A stretch of 42,729 nucleotides of DNA. Origin: a virus. Taxonomy: Duplodnaviria > Heunggongvirae > Uroviricota > Caudoviricetes. The stretch lies in IMG/VR virus record IMGVR_UViG_2541047951_000003. One strand, written 5' to 3'. A program made the translations under genes and the position numbers. The notes beneath the pieces are model-generated. The model made no database searches, was not told the origin of the DNA, and worked only from the letters and a program-made list of their open reading frames with translations. Below are positions 1-8,222 of this stretch, piece by piece. Positions within the stretch are counted from its first letter, which is position 1. Every line of letters begins with the position of its first letter.

Positions 1-1143
1 CTATGCTGTTTTGATATCTACGATAATCCAGTCTTTACCACGATCATCATTGTATCGGTCGGTCATTTTTCTGGATTTATGGCCTAACAACTTTTGCGTA
101 TCCAGACCCTGTTCCCGATATAACCGTTCTGACAGAGATCGCTGCTCATGAAATGTGGGCGCAGTTCCTTGCTCCCATTTTATGCCACATTTTTCCCGGG
201 CCTTTTTAAAAGCCGTTGTCAGAGTATTCGCAGAAACCTGGTCTCCTCTGTTTGCTTGAGAGGTAGTGTGACGGTAATGGACCAGATATTTACTAACAAC
301 AGCATCCCTGCACTGAGATATAACTTCACGAAGGGTAATATTCAGAGCATCGCATTTCAGGTTAAGCGGAATAGCAAGTTTTGAACCGGTTTTTTCCTGA
401 GTAATGTGCAACATGTCGTCCCATATATCAGAGAATTTCAAATTGCAGATATCGCCTAAACGTTGTCCAGTAACAAGAGCAAGTAGCATGCCGCATTTTA
501 AATAGGGCTGCCGTCTGCTTACGCTGTCAAATATTGCCTGCCATTCGGGCAGTGACAATCTTTGGCGGTTTACTCGATTTCGTGGTTGTTTTGTTGCCTG
601 CGCTGGGTTAAATCCTGGCGGAACATGTCCTGCGTGTTGTGCTTCTTTGAAGACGTCGATCAACACCATTCTCACGACTTGCGCCATCCTGTTATGACCT
701 TCAGCCTTTACAGCATCAATTATTTCGGCAATATCAAGTGCGGTAATATCCTTGAGGTGTTGCATTCCACAATGCTCACGGAAAAGACGAATGGGTTTGC
801 CTTTTTGCCGATAGGAGTTGGGTCTTAGTTCATTATGTTGCAGCCTGTCCTCTTGGATAGAAATATATTTATCAAGCCATTCTGTCACCGTAATGTCTGA
901 GCGCCTGCCTTTCATTCTTTCCAGACGCTCATTGACGCTTAATATTTGTCTGGTACGTTGTTCAGCAATAATGGTATTTGCTTCAGTAGCAACTTGTTTT
1001 GCTTCATTCTCATCAGTTCCTAAGCTATGAAAACGACCGGATAGTGGATGTTTGTATTGCCAATATACCTTTCCGGTTCGCTTATCTAATTTGCAATATA
1101 AATTGGGTATAGAGATTTTGTGAGATCGGGGTCTAGCAGCCAT
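1..1143 (-). CDS. int: Tyrosine site-specific integrase (lambda Int family); stop codon at window positions 1-3
   Basis: 380-aa ORF with C-terminal catalytic-domain signature (HxLRH-like 'TFHEQRSLSERLY', 'LLGHKS...RY'); first gene after xis as in lambda; 11-nt overlap with xis. Confidence 0.9.
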   Translation of the reverse strand: MAARPRSHKISIPNLYCKLDKRTGKVYWQYKHPLSGRFHSLGTDENEAKQVATEANTIIAEQRTRQILSVNERLERMKGRRSDITVTEWLDKYISIQEDRLQHNELRPNSYRQKGKPIRLFREHCGMQHLKDITALDIAEIIDAVKAEGHNRMAQVVRMVLIDVFKEAQHAGHVPPGFNPAQATKQPRNRVNRQRLSLPEWQAIFDSVSRRQPYLKCGMLLALVTGQRLGDICNLKFSDIWDDMLHITQEKTGSKLAIPLNLKCDALNITLREVISQCRDAVVSKYLVHYRHTTSQANRGDQVSANTLTTAFKKAREKCGIKWEQGTAPTFHEQRSLSERLYREQGLDTQKLLGHKSRKMTDRYNDDRGKDWIIVDIKTA

Positions 1144-1369
1144 CAGCGATTATCCTTTGGAGTTTTGGGTTTGCGTTTATTGGGAGTTGCGGTTCTGCAA
1201 GCGTTCCTACAAAACGGGAATTTCGGTCAATCATCCAGTAGCGACCAACTTTTATAGCGGGTGGGGCCATCATTTTCCCTTGCGCGTATTTTTTCAGAAC
1301 TCGCTCACTTGGTGCTAAGTCCCCAAATTCTTCTTTAGCCCAGTCCTGTAAAGTGATTAGTCGAGACAT
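1133..1369 (-). CDS. xis: Excisionase (lambda Xis-like)
   Basis: 78 aa; 'ITLQDW' and 'PPAIKVGRYWMI' parallel lambda Xis 'LTLQEW' and 'PPPVKDGREYLF'; overlaps int start. Confidence 0.75.
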   Translation of the reverse strand: MSRLITLQDWAKEEFGDLAPSERVLKKYAQGKMMAPPAIKVGRYWMIDRNSRFVGTLAEPQLPINANPKLQRIIADGC

Positions 1370-1508
1370 TTGTCCTCCTCTTAGCTGCTGAGGGAGTTTG
1401 TGACCGATATATCTGACATGATATTAAGCTCATGGCAGGTACATCTCTTGACTGGTCATAGAGATAAATTTAATGCTGAGAAATGCAGTATTGAATTTAT
1501 CAATTTTT

Positions 1509-1748
1509 CTATTTCCTGCGCATGTCACGTAACTTCTTAATGTGTTCTGCCGTTTCGATCTCTTCTGCTATCCGATCTGCATCAGCTTTATTCACAGGTT
1601 CAAAGTCATGATTAAAGCGGAACATGCTGGCGATACATGTTCTGCCTTTTCGGATGTAGTGAACTTTGTTGTGGGTAGAACGCAGGATTTTGCAGGGAGT
1701 GCCGTGGTGGTCGACGTACCAGGTGTTAGGGTCAATCACTCTGAACAT
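1509..1748 (-). CDS. Hypothetical protein, 79 aa
   Basis: ORF in same-strand run between xis and a TraR-like gene; overlaps upstream ORF by 17 nt; no recognised motif. Confidence 0.5.
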   Translation of the reverse strand: MFRVIDPNTWYVDHHGTPCKILRSTHNKVHYIRKGRTCIASMFRFNHDFEPVNKADADRIAEEIETAEHIKKLRDMRRK

Positions 1749-2058
1749 TCTTGACCTTGTGTTGTGCGGATTGATATTCAGTGCTGATATTCACCTTTAT
1801 AGCGAACACCTTTACCGGTTTATCGCCAAAGTGCGGATGTGTGATTGTCTTCACTTCATATCCGTCATACGGAACATCAATTCTGCGACTGGAATCGTCG
1901 CGCTTCGGATATCCCTTTGTGATAATCAGGCGGTCATATTCCCGGAACATAATTCGCTTATTCCAGTAGTCATTACACAAGCGATACTCTTCCGTTTTCT
2001 CTCCGCGAATCATGGCATCGAAGTATTCACTTTTAACAGCAAGTTGCAGGTTAGCCAT
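1732..2058 (-). CDS. Hypothetical protein, about 108 aa, possibly ASCH/PUA-like fold (weak)
   Basis: ORF coupled to upstream gene (TGATG overlap; track start at 2061 is GTG, ATG at 2058); N-terminal 'F-x2-I-x2-G-x-K-T-x-E-x-R' pattern reminiscent of ASCH domains. Confidence 0.5.
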   Translation of the reverse strand: MANLQLAVKSEYFDAMIRGEKTEEYRLCNDYWNKRIMFREYDRLIITKGYPKRDDSSRRIDVPYDGYEVKTITHPHFGDKPVKVFAIKVNISTEYQSAQHKVKNVQSD

Positions 2059-2279
2059 CACTTAATCCCCCTTTGTTTGCGGATAAGCTCCAGATCTTGC
2101 TGGCAACTGGCGCAAGTCCGACAACCCTGAACGGCCAGGCGTCTTCGTTCATCTATCGGATCGCCACACTCACAACAATGAGTGGCAGATACAGCCAGGT
2201 AGTTCAGGCGGCGCATTTTTATTGCTGTGTTGCGCTGTAATTCTTCTATTTCTGATGCTGAATCAATGATGTCTGCCAT
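2058..2279 (-). CDS. TraR/DksA-family C4 zinc-finger protein
   Basis: 73 aa with 'CxxC...(17)...CxxC' (CECGDPIDERRRLAVQGCRTCASC) typical of TraR/DksA family. Confidence 0.7.
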   Translation of the reverse strand: MADIIDSASEIEELQRNTAIKMRRLNYLAVSATHCCECGDPIDERRRLAVQGCRTCASCQQDLELIRKQRGIK

Positions 2280-2331
2280 CTTTCATTAATCCCTGAACTG
2301 TTGGTTAATACGCTTGAGGGTGAATGCGAAC

Positions 2332-2355
2332 AATAAAAAAGGAGCCTGTAGCTCC
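2332..2355 (-). terminator. Candidate rho-independent terminator (minus strand)
   Basis: GGAGC-loop-GCTCC stem at 2341-2355 followed on the minus strand by a T-run (plus-strand A-run 2334-2340). Confidence 0.4.
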
Positions 2356-2585
2356 CTGATAATTTTGCTTTTCATGTTCATCGTTCCTTAAAGACGCCGT
2401 TTAACATGCCGATTGCCAGGCTTAAATGAGTCGGTGTGAATCCCTTCAGCGTTACCGTTTCGCGGTGCTTCTTCAGTACGCTACGGCAAATGTCATTGAC
2501 GTTTTTGGAAACTGCTGTCTGACTTTTTTGATTTCAGAATTAGCCTGACGGGCAATGCTGCGAAGGGCGTTTTCTTGCTGAGGTG

Positions 2586-2669
2586 TCACTGAACAAGCCC
2601 CATGTCGGCAAGCATAAGCACACAGAATATGAAGCCCGCTGCCAGAAAAATGCATTCAGTGGTTGTCAT
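2586..2669 (-). CDS. Small hydrophobic peptide, 27 aa (MTTTECIFLAAGFIFCVLMLADMGLVQ)
   Basis: ATG overlaps stop of upstream 63-aa ORF (ATGA); single predicted membrane helix; below the 60-aa track threshold; found by manual translation. Confidence 0.3.
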   Translation of the reverse strand: MTTTECIFLAAGFIFCVLMLADMGLVQ

Positions 2670-2857
2670 ACCTGGTCTCTCTCATCTGCTTCTGCTTTCG
2701 CCACCATCATTTCCAGCTTTTGTGAAAGGGATGTGGCTAACGTATGAAATTCTTCGTCTGTTTCTGCTGGTATTGGCACAAACCTGACTCCAATTTGAGC
2801 AAGGCTATGTGCCAAATCAATACTCGTTCTTAACTCAACAGGAGATGCTTTGTGCAT
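2666..2857 (-). CDS. Hypothetical small protein, 63 aa (lambda orf63-like position)
   Basis: ORF in the small-ORF cluster downstream of exo on the pL-operon strand. Confidence 0.5.
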   Translation of the reverse strand: MHKASPVELRTSIDLAHSLAQIGVRFVPIPAETDEEFHTLATSLSQKLEMMVAKAEADERDQV

Positions 2858-3018
2858 ACCGCCCCCCGTTTATTATTTATCTCCTCAGCCAGCCGCTGGG
2901 CTTTCAGCGGATTTCGGATAACAGAAAGACCGTGAAATACCCAGCCTCGCTTTGTAACGGAGTAGACGAAAGTGATCGCGCCTACCCGGATATTATCGTG
3001 AGGATGGGTCATCGCCAT
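2830..3018 (-). CDS. Hypothetical small protein, 62 aa (lambda orf60a-like position)
   Basis: ORF immediately downstream of exo on the same strand, overlapping exo stop. Confidence 0.5.
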   Translation of the reverse strand: MAMTHPHDNIRVGAITFVYSVTKRGWVFHGLSVIRNPLKAQRLAEEINNKRGAVCTKHLLLS

Positions 3019-3689
3019 TGCTCTCCAAATACAAAACCAATTTCAGCCAGTGCTTCGTCCATTTTTTCGATGAACTCCGGCACCATCTCGTCAAAACTCG
3101 CCATGTACTTTTCATCCCGCTCAACCACGACATAATGCAGGCCTTCACGCTTCATTCGTGGGTCATAGTTGGCAAAGTACCAGGCATCTTTTCGTGTCAC
3201 CCACATGCTGTACTGCACCTGGGCCATGTAAGCCGACTTTATGGCCTCGAAACCACCGAGCCGGAACTTCATGAAATCCCGGGAGGTAAACGGGCATTTC
3301 AGCTCAAGGCCATTGCCGTCACTGCATAAACCATCGGGAGAGCAGGCGGTGCGCATACTTTCGTCGCGATAGATGATCGGGGATTCAGTAACATTCACGC
3401 CGGAAGTGAATTCAAACAGGGTTCTGGCGTCGTTCTCGTACTGTTTTCCCCACGCCAGCGCCTTAGCATTAACTTCCGGAGCCACACCGGTGCAAACCTC
3501 AGCCAGCAGGGTGTGGAAGTAGGACATTTTCATGTCAGGCCACTTCTTTCCTGAGCGGGGCTTTGCTATCACGTTGTGAACTTCTGAAGCGGTGATGACG
3601 CCGAGCCGTAATTTGTGCCATGCATCATCCCCCTGTTCGACAGCTCTCACGTCGATCCCGGTACGCTGCAGGATAATGTCCGGTGTCAT
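3009..3689 (-). CDS. exo: Lambda exonuclease (Red-alpha)
   Basis: 226 aa, near-identical to my recollection of lambda Exo ([37 protein letters not shown]...). Confidence 0.95.
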   Translation of the reverse strand: MTPDIILQRTGIDVRAVEQGDDAWHKLRLGVITASEVHNVIAKPRSGKKWPDMKMSYFHTLLAEVCTGVAPEVNAKALAWGKQYENDARTLFEFTSGVNVTESPIIYRDESMRTACSPDGLCSDGNGLELKCPFTSRDFMKFRLGGFEAIKSAYMAQVQYSMWVTRKDAWYFANYDPRMKREGLHYVVVERDEKYMASFDEMVPEFIEKMDEALAEIGFVFGEQWR

Positions 3690-4471
3690 GCTGCCACCTT
3701 CTGCTCAGTGGCTTTCTGTTTCAGGAATCCAAGAGCTTTCACTGCTTCGGCCTGTGTCAGTTCTGACGATGCGCGAATGTCGCGGCGAAATATCTGGGAA
3801 CAGAGCGGCAATAAGTCGTCATCCCATGTTTTGTCCAGGGCAATCAGCAGAGTGTTAATCTCCTGCATGGTTTCATCGTTAACCGGAGTGATGTCGCGTT
3901 CCGGCTGACGTTCTGCAGTGTATGCGGTATTTTCGACAATGCGCTCGGCTTCATCCTTGTCATAGATACCAGCAAATCCGAAGGCCAGACGGGCACACTG
4001 AATCATGGCTTTATGCCGTAACATCCGTTTGGGATGCGACTGCCACGGCCCCGTGATTTCTCTGCCTTCGCGGGTTTTGAATGGTTCGCGGCGGCATTCA
4101 TCCATCCACTCGGTAACGCAGATCGGATGATTGCGGTCTTTGCGGTAAATCCGGCATGTACATGATTCATTGTCCTGCTCAAAGTCCATACCATCAAACT
4201 GCTGGTTTTCATTGATGATGCGGGACCAGCCATCAACGCCCACCACCGGAACAATGCCGTTCTGCTTATCAGGGAAGGCGTAAATTTCTTTCGTCCACGG
4301 ATTAAGGCCGTACTGGTTGGCGACGATCAACAATGCGATGAACTGCGCATCGCTGGCATCACCTTTAAATGCCGTCTGGCGAAGAGTGGTGATCAGTTCC
4401 TGTGGGTCGACAGAATCCATGCCGACACGTTCAGCCAGCTTCCCTGCCAGCGTTGCGAGTGCTGTACTCAT
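3686..4471 (-). CDS. bet: Recombination protein Bet (Red-beta single-strand annealing protein)
   Basis: 261 aa, matches lambda Bet ([59 protein letters not shown]...). Confidence 0.95.
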   Translation of the reverse strand: MSTALATLAGKLAERVGMDSVDPQELITTLRQTAFKGDASDAQFIALLIVANQYGLNPWTKEIYAFPDKQNGIVPVVGVDGWSRIINENQQFDGMDFEQDNESCTCRIYRKDRNHPICVTEWMDECRREPFKTREGREITGPWQSHPKRMLRHKAMIQCARLAFGFAGIYDKDEAERIVENTAYTAERQPERDITPVNDETMQEINTLLIALDKTWDDDLLPLCSQIFRRDIRASSELTQAEAVKALGFLKQKATEQKVAA

Positions 4472-4476
4472 CCGTT

Positions 4477-4773
4477 TTATACCTCTGAATCAATATCAGC
4501 CTGATGGTGAGCAATGGTTTCAACTATGTACCGGATGTGTTCTGCCATGCGCTCCTGAAACTCAACATCGTCATCAAACGCACGGGTAATGGCTTTTTTG
4601 CTGGCCCCGTGGCGTTGTAAATGATCGATGCATAGCGATTCAAACAGGTGCTGGGGCAGGCCTTTTTCCATGTCGTCTGCCAGTTCTGCCTCTTTCTCTT
4701 CACGGGCGATCTGCTGGTAGTGACGCGCCCAGCTCTGAGCCTCAAGACGATCCTGAATGTAATAAGCGTTCAT
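4477..4773 (-). CDS. gam: Gam (RecBCD inhibitor), short GamS form of 98 aa
   Basis: [60 protein letters not shown]... matches lambda Gam C-terminal 98 aa. Confidence 0.9.
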   Translation of the reverse strand: MNAYYIQDRLEAQSWARHYQQIAREEKEAELADDMEKGLPQHLFESLCIDHLQRHGASKKAITRAFDDDVEFQERMAEHIRYIVETIAHHQADIDSEV

Positions 4774-4848
4774 GGCTGAACTCCTGAAAATGGCTGTGAA
4801 AATATCGCCCGCGAAATGCCAGGCTGATTAGGAAAACAGGAAAGGGGG

Positions 4849-4992
4849 TTAGTGAATGCTTTTGCTTGATCTCAGTTTCAGTATTAATATCCATTTTTTA
4901 TAAGCGTCGACGGCCTCACGAAACATCTTTTCATCGCCAATAAAAGTGGCGATAGTGAATTTAGTCTGGATAGCCATAATTGTTTGATCCAT
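4849..4992 (-). CDS. kil: Kil (host-killing/FtsZ inhibitor), 47 aa
   Basis: [47 protein letters not shown]; ATG at 4992 with AGGAG upstream; the track's 89-aa ORF is an upstream extension. Confidence 0.8.
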   Translation of the reverse strand: MDQTIMAIQTKFTIATFIGDEKMFREAVDAYKKWILILKLRSSKSIH

Positions 4993-5125
4993 TTTTTGGG
5001 ACTCCTGGCTGATTAAGTATGTCGATAAGGCGTTTCCATCCGTCACGTAATTTACGGGTGATTCGTTCAAGTAAAGATTCGGAAGGGCAGCCAGCAACAG
5101 GCCACCCTGCAATGGCATATTGCAT
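4961..5125 (-). CDS. cIII: CIII (FtsH inhibitor stabilising CII), 54 aa
   Basis: Manual translation gives [54 protein letters not shown], matching lambda CIII; overlaps kil start as in lambda. Confidence 0.8.
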   Translation of the reverse strand: MQYAIAGWPVAGCPSESLLERITRKLRDGWKRLIDILNQPGVPKNGSNNYGYPD

Positions 5126-5197
5126 GGTGTGCTCCTTATTTATACATAACGAAAAACGCCTCGAGTGAAGCGTAATTGGTATGCGGTAACGCCGCGC

Positions 5198-5566
5198 TCA
5201 GGCGGCCTTGATAGTCATATCATCTGAATCAAATATTCCTGATGTATCGATATCGGTAATTCTTATTCCTTCACTACCATCCATTGGAGGCCATCCTTCC
5301 TGACCATTTCCATCATTCCAGTCGAACTCACACACAACACCATATGCATTTAAGTCGCTTGAAATTGCTATAAGCAGAGCATGTTGCGCCAGCATGATTA
5401 ATACAGCATTTAATACAGAGCCGTGTTTATTGAGTCGGTATTCAGAGTCTGACCAGAAATTATTAATCTGGTGAAGTTTTTCCTCTGTCATTACGTCATG
5501 GTCAATTTCAATTTCTATTGATGCTTTCCAGTCGTAATCAATGATGTATTTTTTGATGTTTGACAT
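5198..5566 (-). CDS. ea10: Ea10-like early protein, 122 aa
   Basis: Position between cIII and ral, length 122 aa, sequence consistent with lambda Ea10. Confidence 0.7.
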   Translation of the reverse strand: MSNIKKYIIDYDWKASIEIEIDHDVMTEEKLHQINNFWSDSEYRLNKHGSVLNAVLIMLAQHALLIAISSDLNAYGVVCEFDWNDGNGQEGWPPMDGSEGIRITDIDTSGIFDSDDMTIKAA

Positions 5567-5583
5567 CTATTCATATCCTCATA

Positions 5584-5612
5584 GATAAAAAATCGCCCTC
5601 ACACTGGAGGGC
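5584..5612 (-). terminator. Candidate rho-independent terminator (minus strand) between ral and ea10
   Basis: GCCCTC-loop-GAGGGC stem at 5595-5612 followed on the minus strand by a T-run. Confidence 0.4.
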
Positions 5613-5748
5613 AAAGAAGATTTCCAATAATCAGAACAAGTCGGCTCCTGTTTAGTTACGAGCGACATTGCTCCGTGTATTCACTCGTTGGAATGAATAC
5701 ACAGTGCAGTGTTTATTCTGTTATTTATGCCAAAAATAAAGGCCACTA

Positions 5749-5949
5749 TCAGGCAGCTTTGTTGTTCTGTTTACCAAGTTCTCTGGCAATCATTGCCGTC
5801 GTTCGTATTGCCCATTTATCGACATATTTCCCATCTTCCATTACAGGAAACATTTCTTCAGGCTTAACCATGCATTCCGATTGCAGCTTGCATCCATTGC
5901 ATCGTTTGAATTGTCCACACCATTGATTTGTATCAATAGTCGTAGTCAT
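5749..5949 (-). CDS. ral: Ral (restriction alleviation protein), 66 aa
   Basis: MTTTIDTNQWCGQFKRCNGCKLQSECMVKPEEMFPVMEDGKYVDKWAIRTTAMIARELGKQNNKAA matches lambda Ral. Confidence 0.85.
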   Translation of the reverse strand: MTTTIDTNQWCGQFKRCNGCKLQSECMVKPEEMFPVMEDGKYVDKWAIRTTAMIARELGKQNNKAA

Positions 5950-6019
5950 ACGGATAGTCCTGGTATTGTTCCATCACATCTTGAGGATGCTCTTCGAACT
6001 CTTCAAATTCTTCTTCCAT
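5933..6019 (-). CDS. Small acidic ORF, 28 aa (lambda orf28-like): MEEEFEEFEEHPQDVMEQYQDYPYDYDY
   Basis: Manual translation; overlaps ral start; same position as lambda orf28. Confidence 0.45.
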   Translation of the reverse strand: MEEEFEEFEEHPQDVMEQYQDYPYDYDY

Positions 6020-6162
6020 ATATCACCTTAAATAGTGGATTGCGGTAGTAAAGATTGTGCCTGTCTTTTAACCACATCAGGCTCGGTGGTTCTCGTGTAC
6101 CCCTACAACGAGAAATCGGATAAACTCTATTCACCCCTACAGAGAGCAAAAGAGAAACGCCG

Positions 6163-6744
6163 ATGAACAACTCATGGTGGCAGGAACTAATGCATTTTTT
6201 CCTGCAAGGAATGACACTTAAACAGTTGATTCATATGCTAATCATCCTGATCATATTGATTATTGTTATGCCGGTAAGCGTAAAAGAATGGATAAACCTG
6301 CATAATCCAGAAATCCTTCCTCATTACTGGATGTATTACATCCTGTTGTTTTGCGTTAGCTATGTGCTTAACGGCGTTGTTAATTCCGCTTATCACGCTG
6401 TGACTGAAAGAATTGAGGTATTCGCTGCTCAGAAGCGCAAATCTAAAGAAGAAAAATATGTGCAAGATTTGTTTGATTCGTTAACTCTTGGAGAAAGAGC
6501 GTATTTGGCATTCGCTGTAGCCGCTAATAACCAGCTACAAACGGAAAAGGGCGCTCATGAATCAATTTCATTGCTCAAAAAAGGACTCCTCGTTCGAAGG
6601 CCTCCTGCTGTTGGATATCCTGATACCGACCGTTTCGTTATCCCTGAAAGCTATAGACATGAGTGCTACATTAGGTTTGCCGGGAAGGCAGACAGCCTTA
6701 TGGATGAACTTATCGCTCAGGATAAGCATGGCAAAAACAAGTAA
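6163..6744 (+). CDS. sieB: Superinfection exclusion protein B (SieB)
   Basis: 193 aa with hydrophobic N-terminal membrane segments (LIHMLIILIILIIVMPV...), matches lambda SieB; opposite strand to N as in lambda. Confidence 0.85.
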   Translation: MNNSWWQELMHFFLQGMTLKQLIHMLIILIILIIVMPVSVKEWINLHNPEILPHYWMYYILLFCVSYVLNGVVNSAYHAVTERIEVFAAQKRKSKEEKYVQDLFDSLTLGERAYLAFAVAANNQLQTEKGAHESISLLKKGLLVRRPPAVGYPDTDRFVIPESYRHECYIRFAGKADSLMDELIAQDKHGKNK

Positions 6745-6760
6745 TTAGCAAATGAATTTA

Positions 6761-7033
6761 TCATCTCGCCGTCAGTTGTTTTGATTTCCGGTAGCCTGCC
6801 GCGTAAAGAGCTACGTTCGGAAGACAAGTTGAACCTTCATATTTTCTGGTCAACGTTGTCAGAGTTATCACTTCTGCTCTCATTGCTGGTTTGAGCTTGC
6901 ATTGCAAGACCACTCGTGAAGGGGTTGGCCTGTGTAGCTTGTCGGAGCTGATCGCCTCCTGACTTTGCAGATTTGCGCGACGAGCTCTACGGCGAGAAGC
7001 TGCGGTGCCTTTAAATTCTGTTTTTCTGGACAT
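6761..7033 (-). CDS. N-type transcription antitermination protein (non-lambda allele), about 90 aa
   Basis: ATG at 7033 with GGAGG 6 nt upstream; N-terminal arginine-rich motif 'KGTAASRRRARRANL' fits the N-protein ARM pattern (lambda 'QTRRRERRAEK', phi21 'GTAKSRYKARRAEL'); positioned after pL/nutL; rest of protein unlike lambda N. Confidence 0.65.
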   Translation of the reverse strand: MSRKTEFKGTAASRRRARRANLQSQEAISSDKLHRPTPSRVVLQCKLKPAMRAEVITLTTLTRKYEGSTCLPNVALYAAGYRKSKQLTAR

Positions 7034-7131
7034 GGATTCCTCCCGAATAAACTTTGGCGATGCAATCTCGAAGCTCCTCCTGAGACGGTTGCTTCGGCAT
7101 TGCATCCCACAGCTTATGTGGTTGGGTGATC

Positions 7132-7177
7132 TGGCTTTTCAGCCACGTAGTCGAGAGTCGACGTTGTTTAAAGAGCC
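7132..7177 (-). promoter_or_regulatory. nutL candidate: boxA-like GGCTCTTTA (7169-7177 on minus strand) followed by boxB-like hairpin GGCUGAAAAGCC (7132-7145)
   Basis: Read on minus strand: boxA-like element then stem-loop with GAAAA loop upstream of the N-like gene; parallels lambda nut architecture. Confidence 0.5.
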
Positions 7178-7199
7178 TGCCAGTCTGTTCCATTTGGCT

Positions 7200-7330
7200 T
7201 CCAGCGTCCTGCTGACGGTTAAATAGTACGATATGTACTTTACAAGATCAATACAATTTGTTGTAAGTTGGCGTGGTTTTTTATAACGCTTTGTATTTAA
7301 TAGTGTTGTTTTTTAGCGTGGATGTATTGC
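7200..7330 (-). promoter_or_regulatory. Probable pL/oL region
   Basis: Intergenic AT-rich region upstream of N with repeated TTGTAT/TACAA motifs also present in the cI-cro intergenic region; exact operator boundaries not resolved. Confidence 0.35.
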
Positions 7331-7436
7331 CTCGGCGATGTAAGGAGAGATCAGAATTGCGTGGTTTAGTGGGTTGCATCTATTTATTTTTCAATAAATA
7401 TAATTGGTTATGTGTTTTTAGGTGGGCGAACGTGAG

Positions 7437-7464
7437 GCAAAGAAAACCCGGCGCTGAGGCCGGG
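7437..7464 (-). terminator. Rho-independent terminator after the rex-position cassette (minus strand)
   Basis: CCCGGC-GCTGAG-GCCGGG stem (7447-7464) followed on the minus strand by TTTTCTTTG. Confidence 0.55.
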
Positions 7465-7469
7465 TTGTA

Positions 7470-8222
7470 TTATGCTGCAAGTCTCTTAACCCAAGTCTCT
7501 CTTTTGGAGAATGGTAGAACTTGGCTTGATTCATGGAAGAGTAAGGAGAGTTGTTGCATTTGATCACCAATTGCTTCGCTGTCTATAACAACAAATCTGT
7601 TGTTATACTCCTCACTTGAAGCTTTAAGATCAATTAGTTTCCCAAGCAATGAGTAAGCACTATTCCAGCTTCCTCCGTGTTTCACGCTTGATGTAAAAAC
7701 GTATTTAGGTATGTCGGTTTTTATTGTTACAGGGACGGTAATTTGATGTCCACTCAAGCCATATACGTTTTCACGAAGAGAAAGTGCGTCTCTAAGCTCT
7801 GTGTGATATAGATAATCAATAACCATACTTTCAAACTTTTCAGCTTGAACTGGCTGATACCAGTCTAACGACAAAGTTGATGCGAGTATACCAGCTCTAA
7901 TTATGTTCGATGTAATCGCACCGACATCCTTTTCTGTTGCCCAAGCAATGATTTCTCCTCGAGCATTGAGTTCTGCGCCTTCTTTAAGCAGTAATTGTCG
8001 TATCTCATCAAGTCGTTTTTTGGTAAGCGAGATCCCTCTTGCCTCCATATTCATTAAGGCATCGCATCTGTCACTAACTAAATACCTACCATTGACTTCA
8101 CGGATAAAGGCACCGACATGCTCTCCATCATCACAGTAAGTGAATGGACTGATAATTCTCAAGGTCTTGCCTATTGGATGGCATTCGAAACCTAGTTGTG
8201 AGATCACTGTTGAGCACATCAT
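7470..8222 (-). CDS. Hypothetical protein, 250 aa; second gene of a two-gene cassette in the rexAB position
   Basis: Long ORF, ATG(8222) overlaps the upstream gene's stop (ATGATG/TGA); AT-rich by eye; no obvious TM helices; no motif recognised. Confidence 0.75.
   Translation of the reverse strand: MMCSTVISQLGFECHPIGKTLRIISPFTYCDDGEHVGAFIREVNGRYLVSDRCDALMNMEARGISLTKKRLDEIRQLLLKEGAELNARGEIIAWATEKDVGAITSNIIRAGILASTLSLDWYQPVQAEKFESMVIDYLYHTELRDALSLRENVYGLSGHQITVPVTIKTDIPKYVFTSSVKHGGSWNSAYSLLGKLIDLKASSEEYNNRFVVIDSEAIGDQMQQLSLLFHESSQVLPFSKRETWVKRLAA

Noticed and set aside
2473-2655. 60-aa minus-strand ORF from the track
   Set aside because: Overlaps the better-supported 27-aa coupled peptide ORF in a different frame and lacks an obvious RBS; left unresolved rather than annotated.
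4849-5118. 89-aa ORF as given in the track (extended kil)
   Set aside because: Kil is expected to be 47 aa starting at ATG 4992 with its own AGGAG; the upstream extension overlaps cIII in another frame, and cIII (4961-5125) is the better-supported reading there.
5687-5712. Inverted repeat GTGTATTCA...TGAATACAC between ral and ea10
   Set aside because: Could be a regulatory or RNA structure, but it has no adjacent T-run and I have no conservation information; too weak to call.
7273-7563. 96-aa plus-strand ORF in the pL/oL region
   Set aside because: Lies in the AT-rich control region and overlaps the terminator and the 3' end of the minus-strand cassette gene; no RBS or conservation rationale; more likely non-coding.
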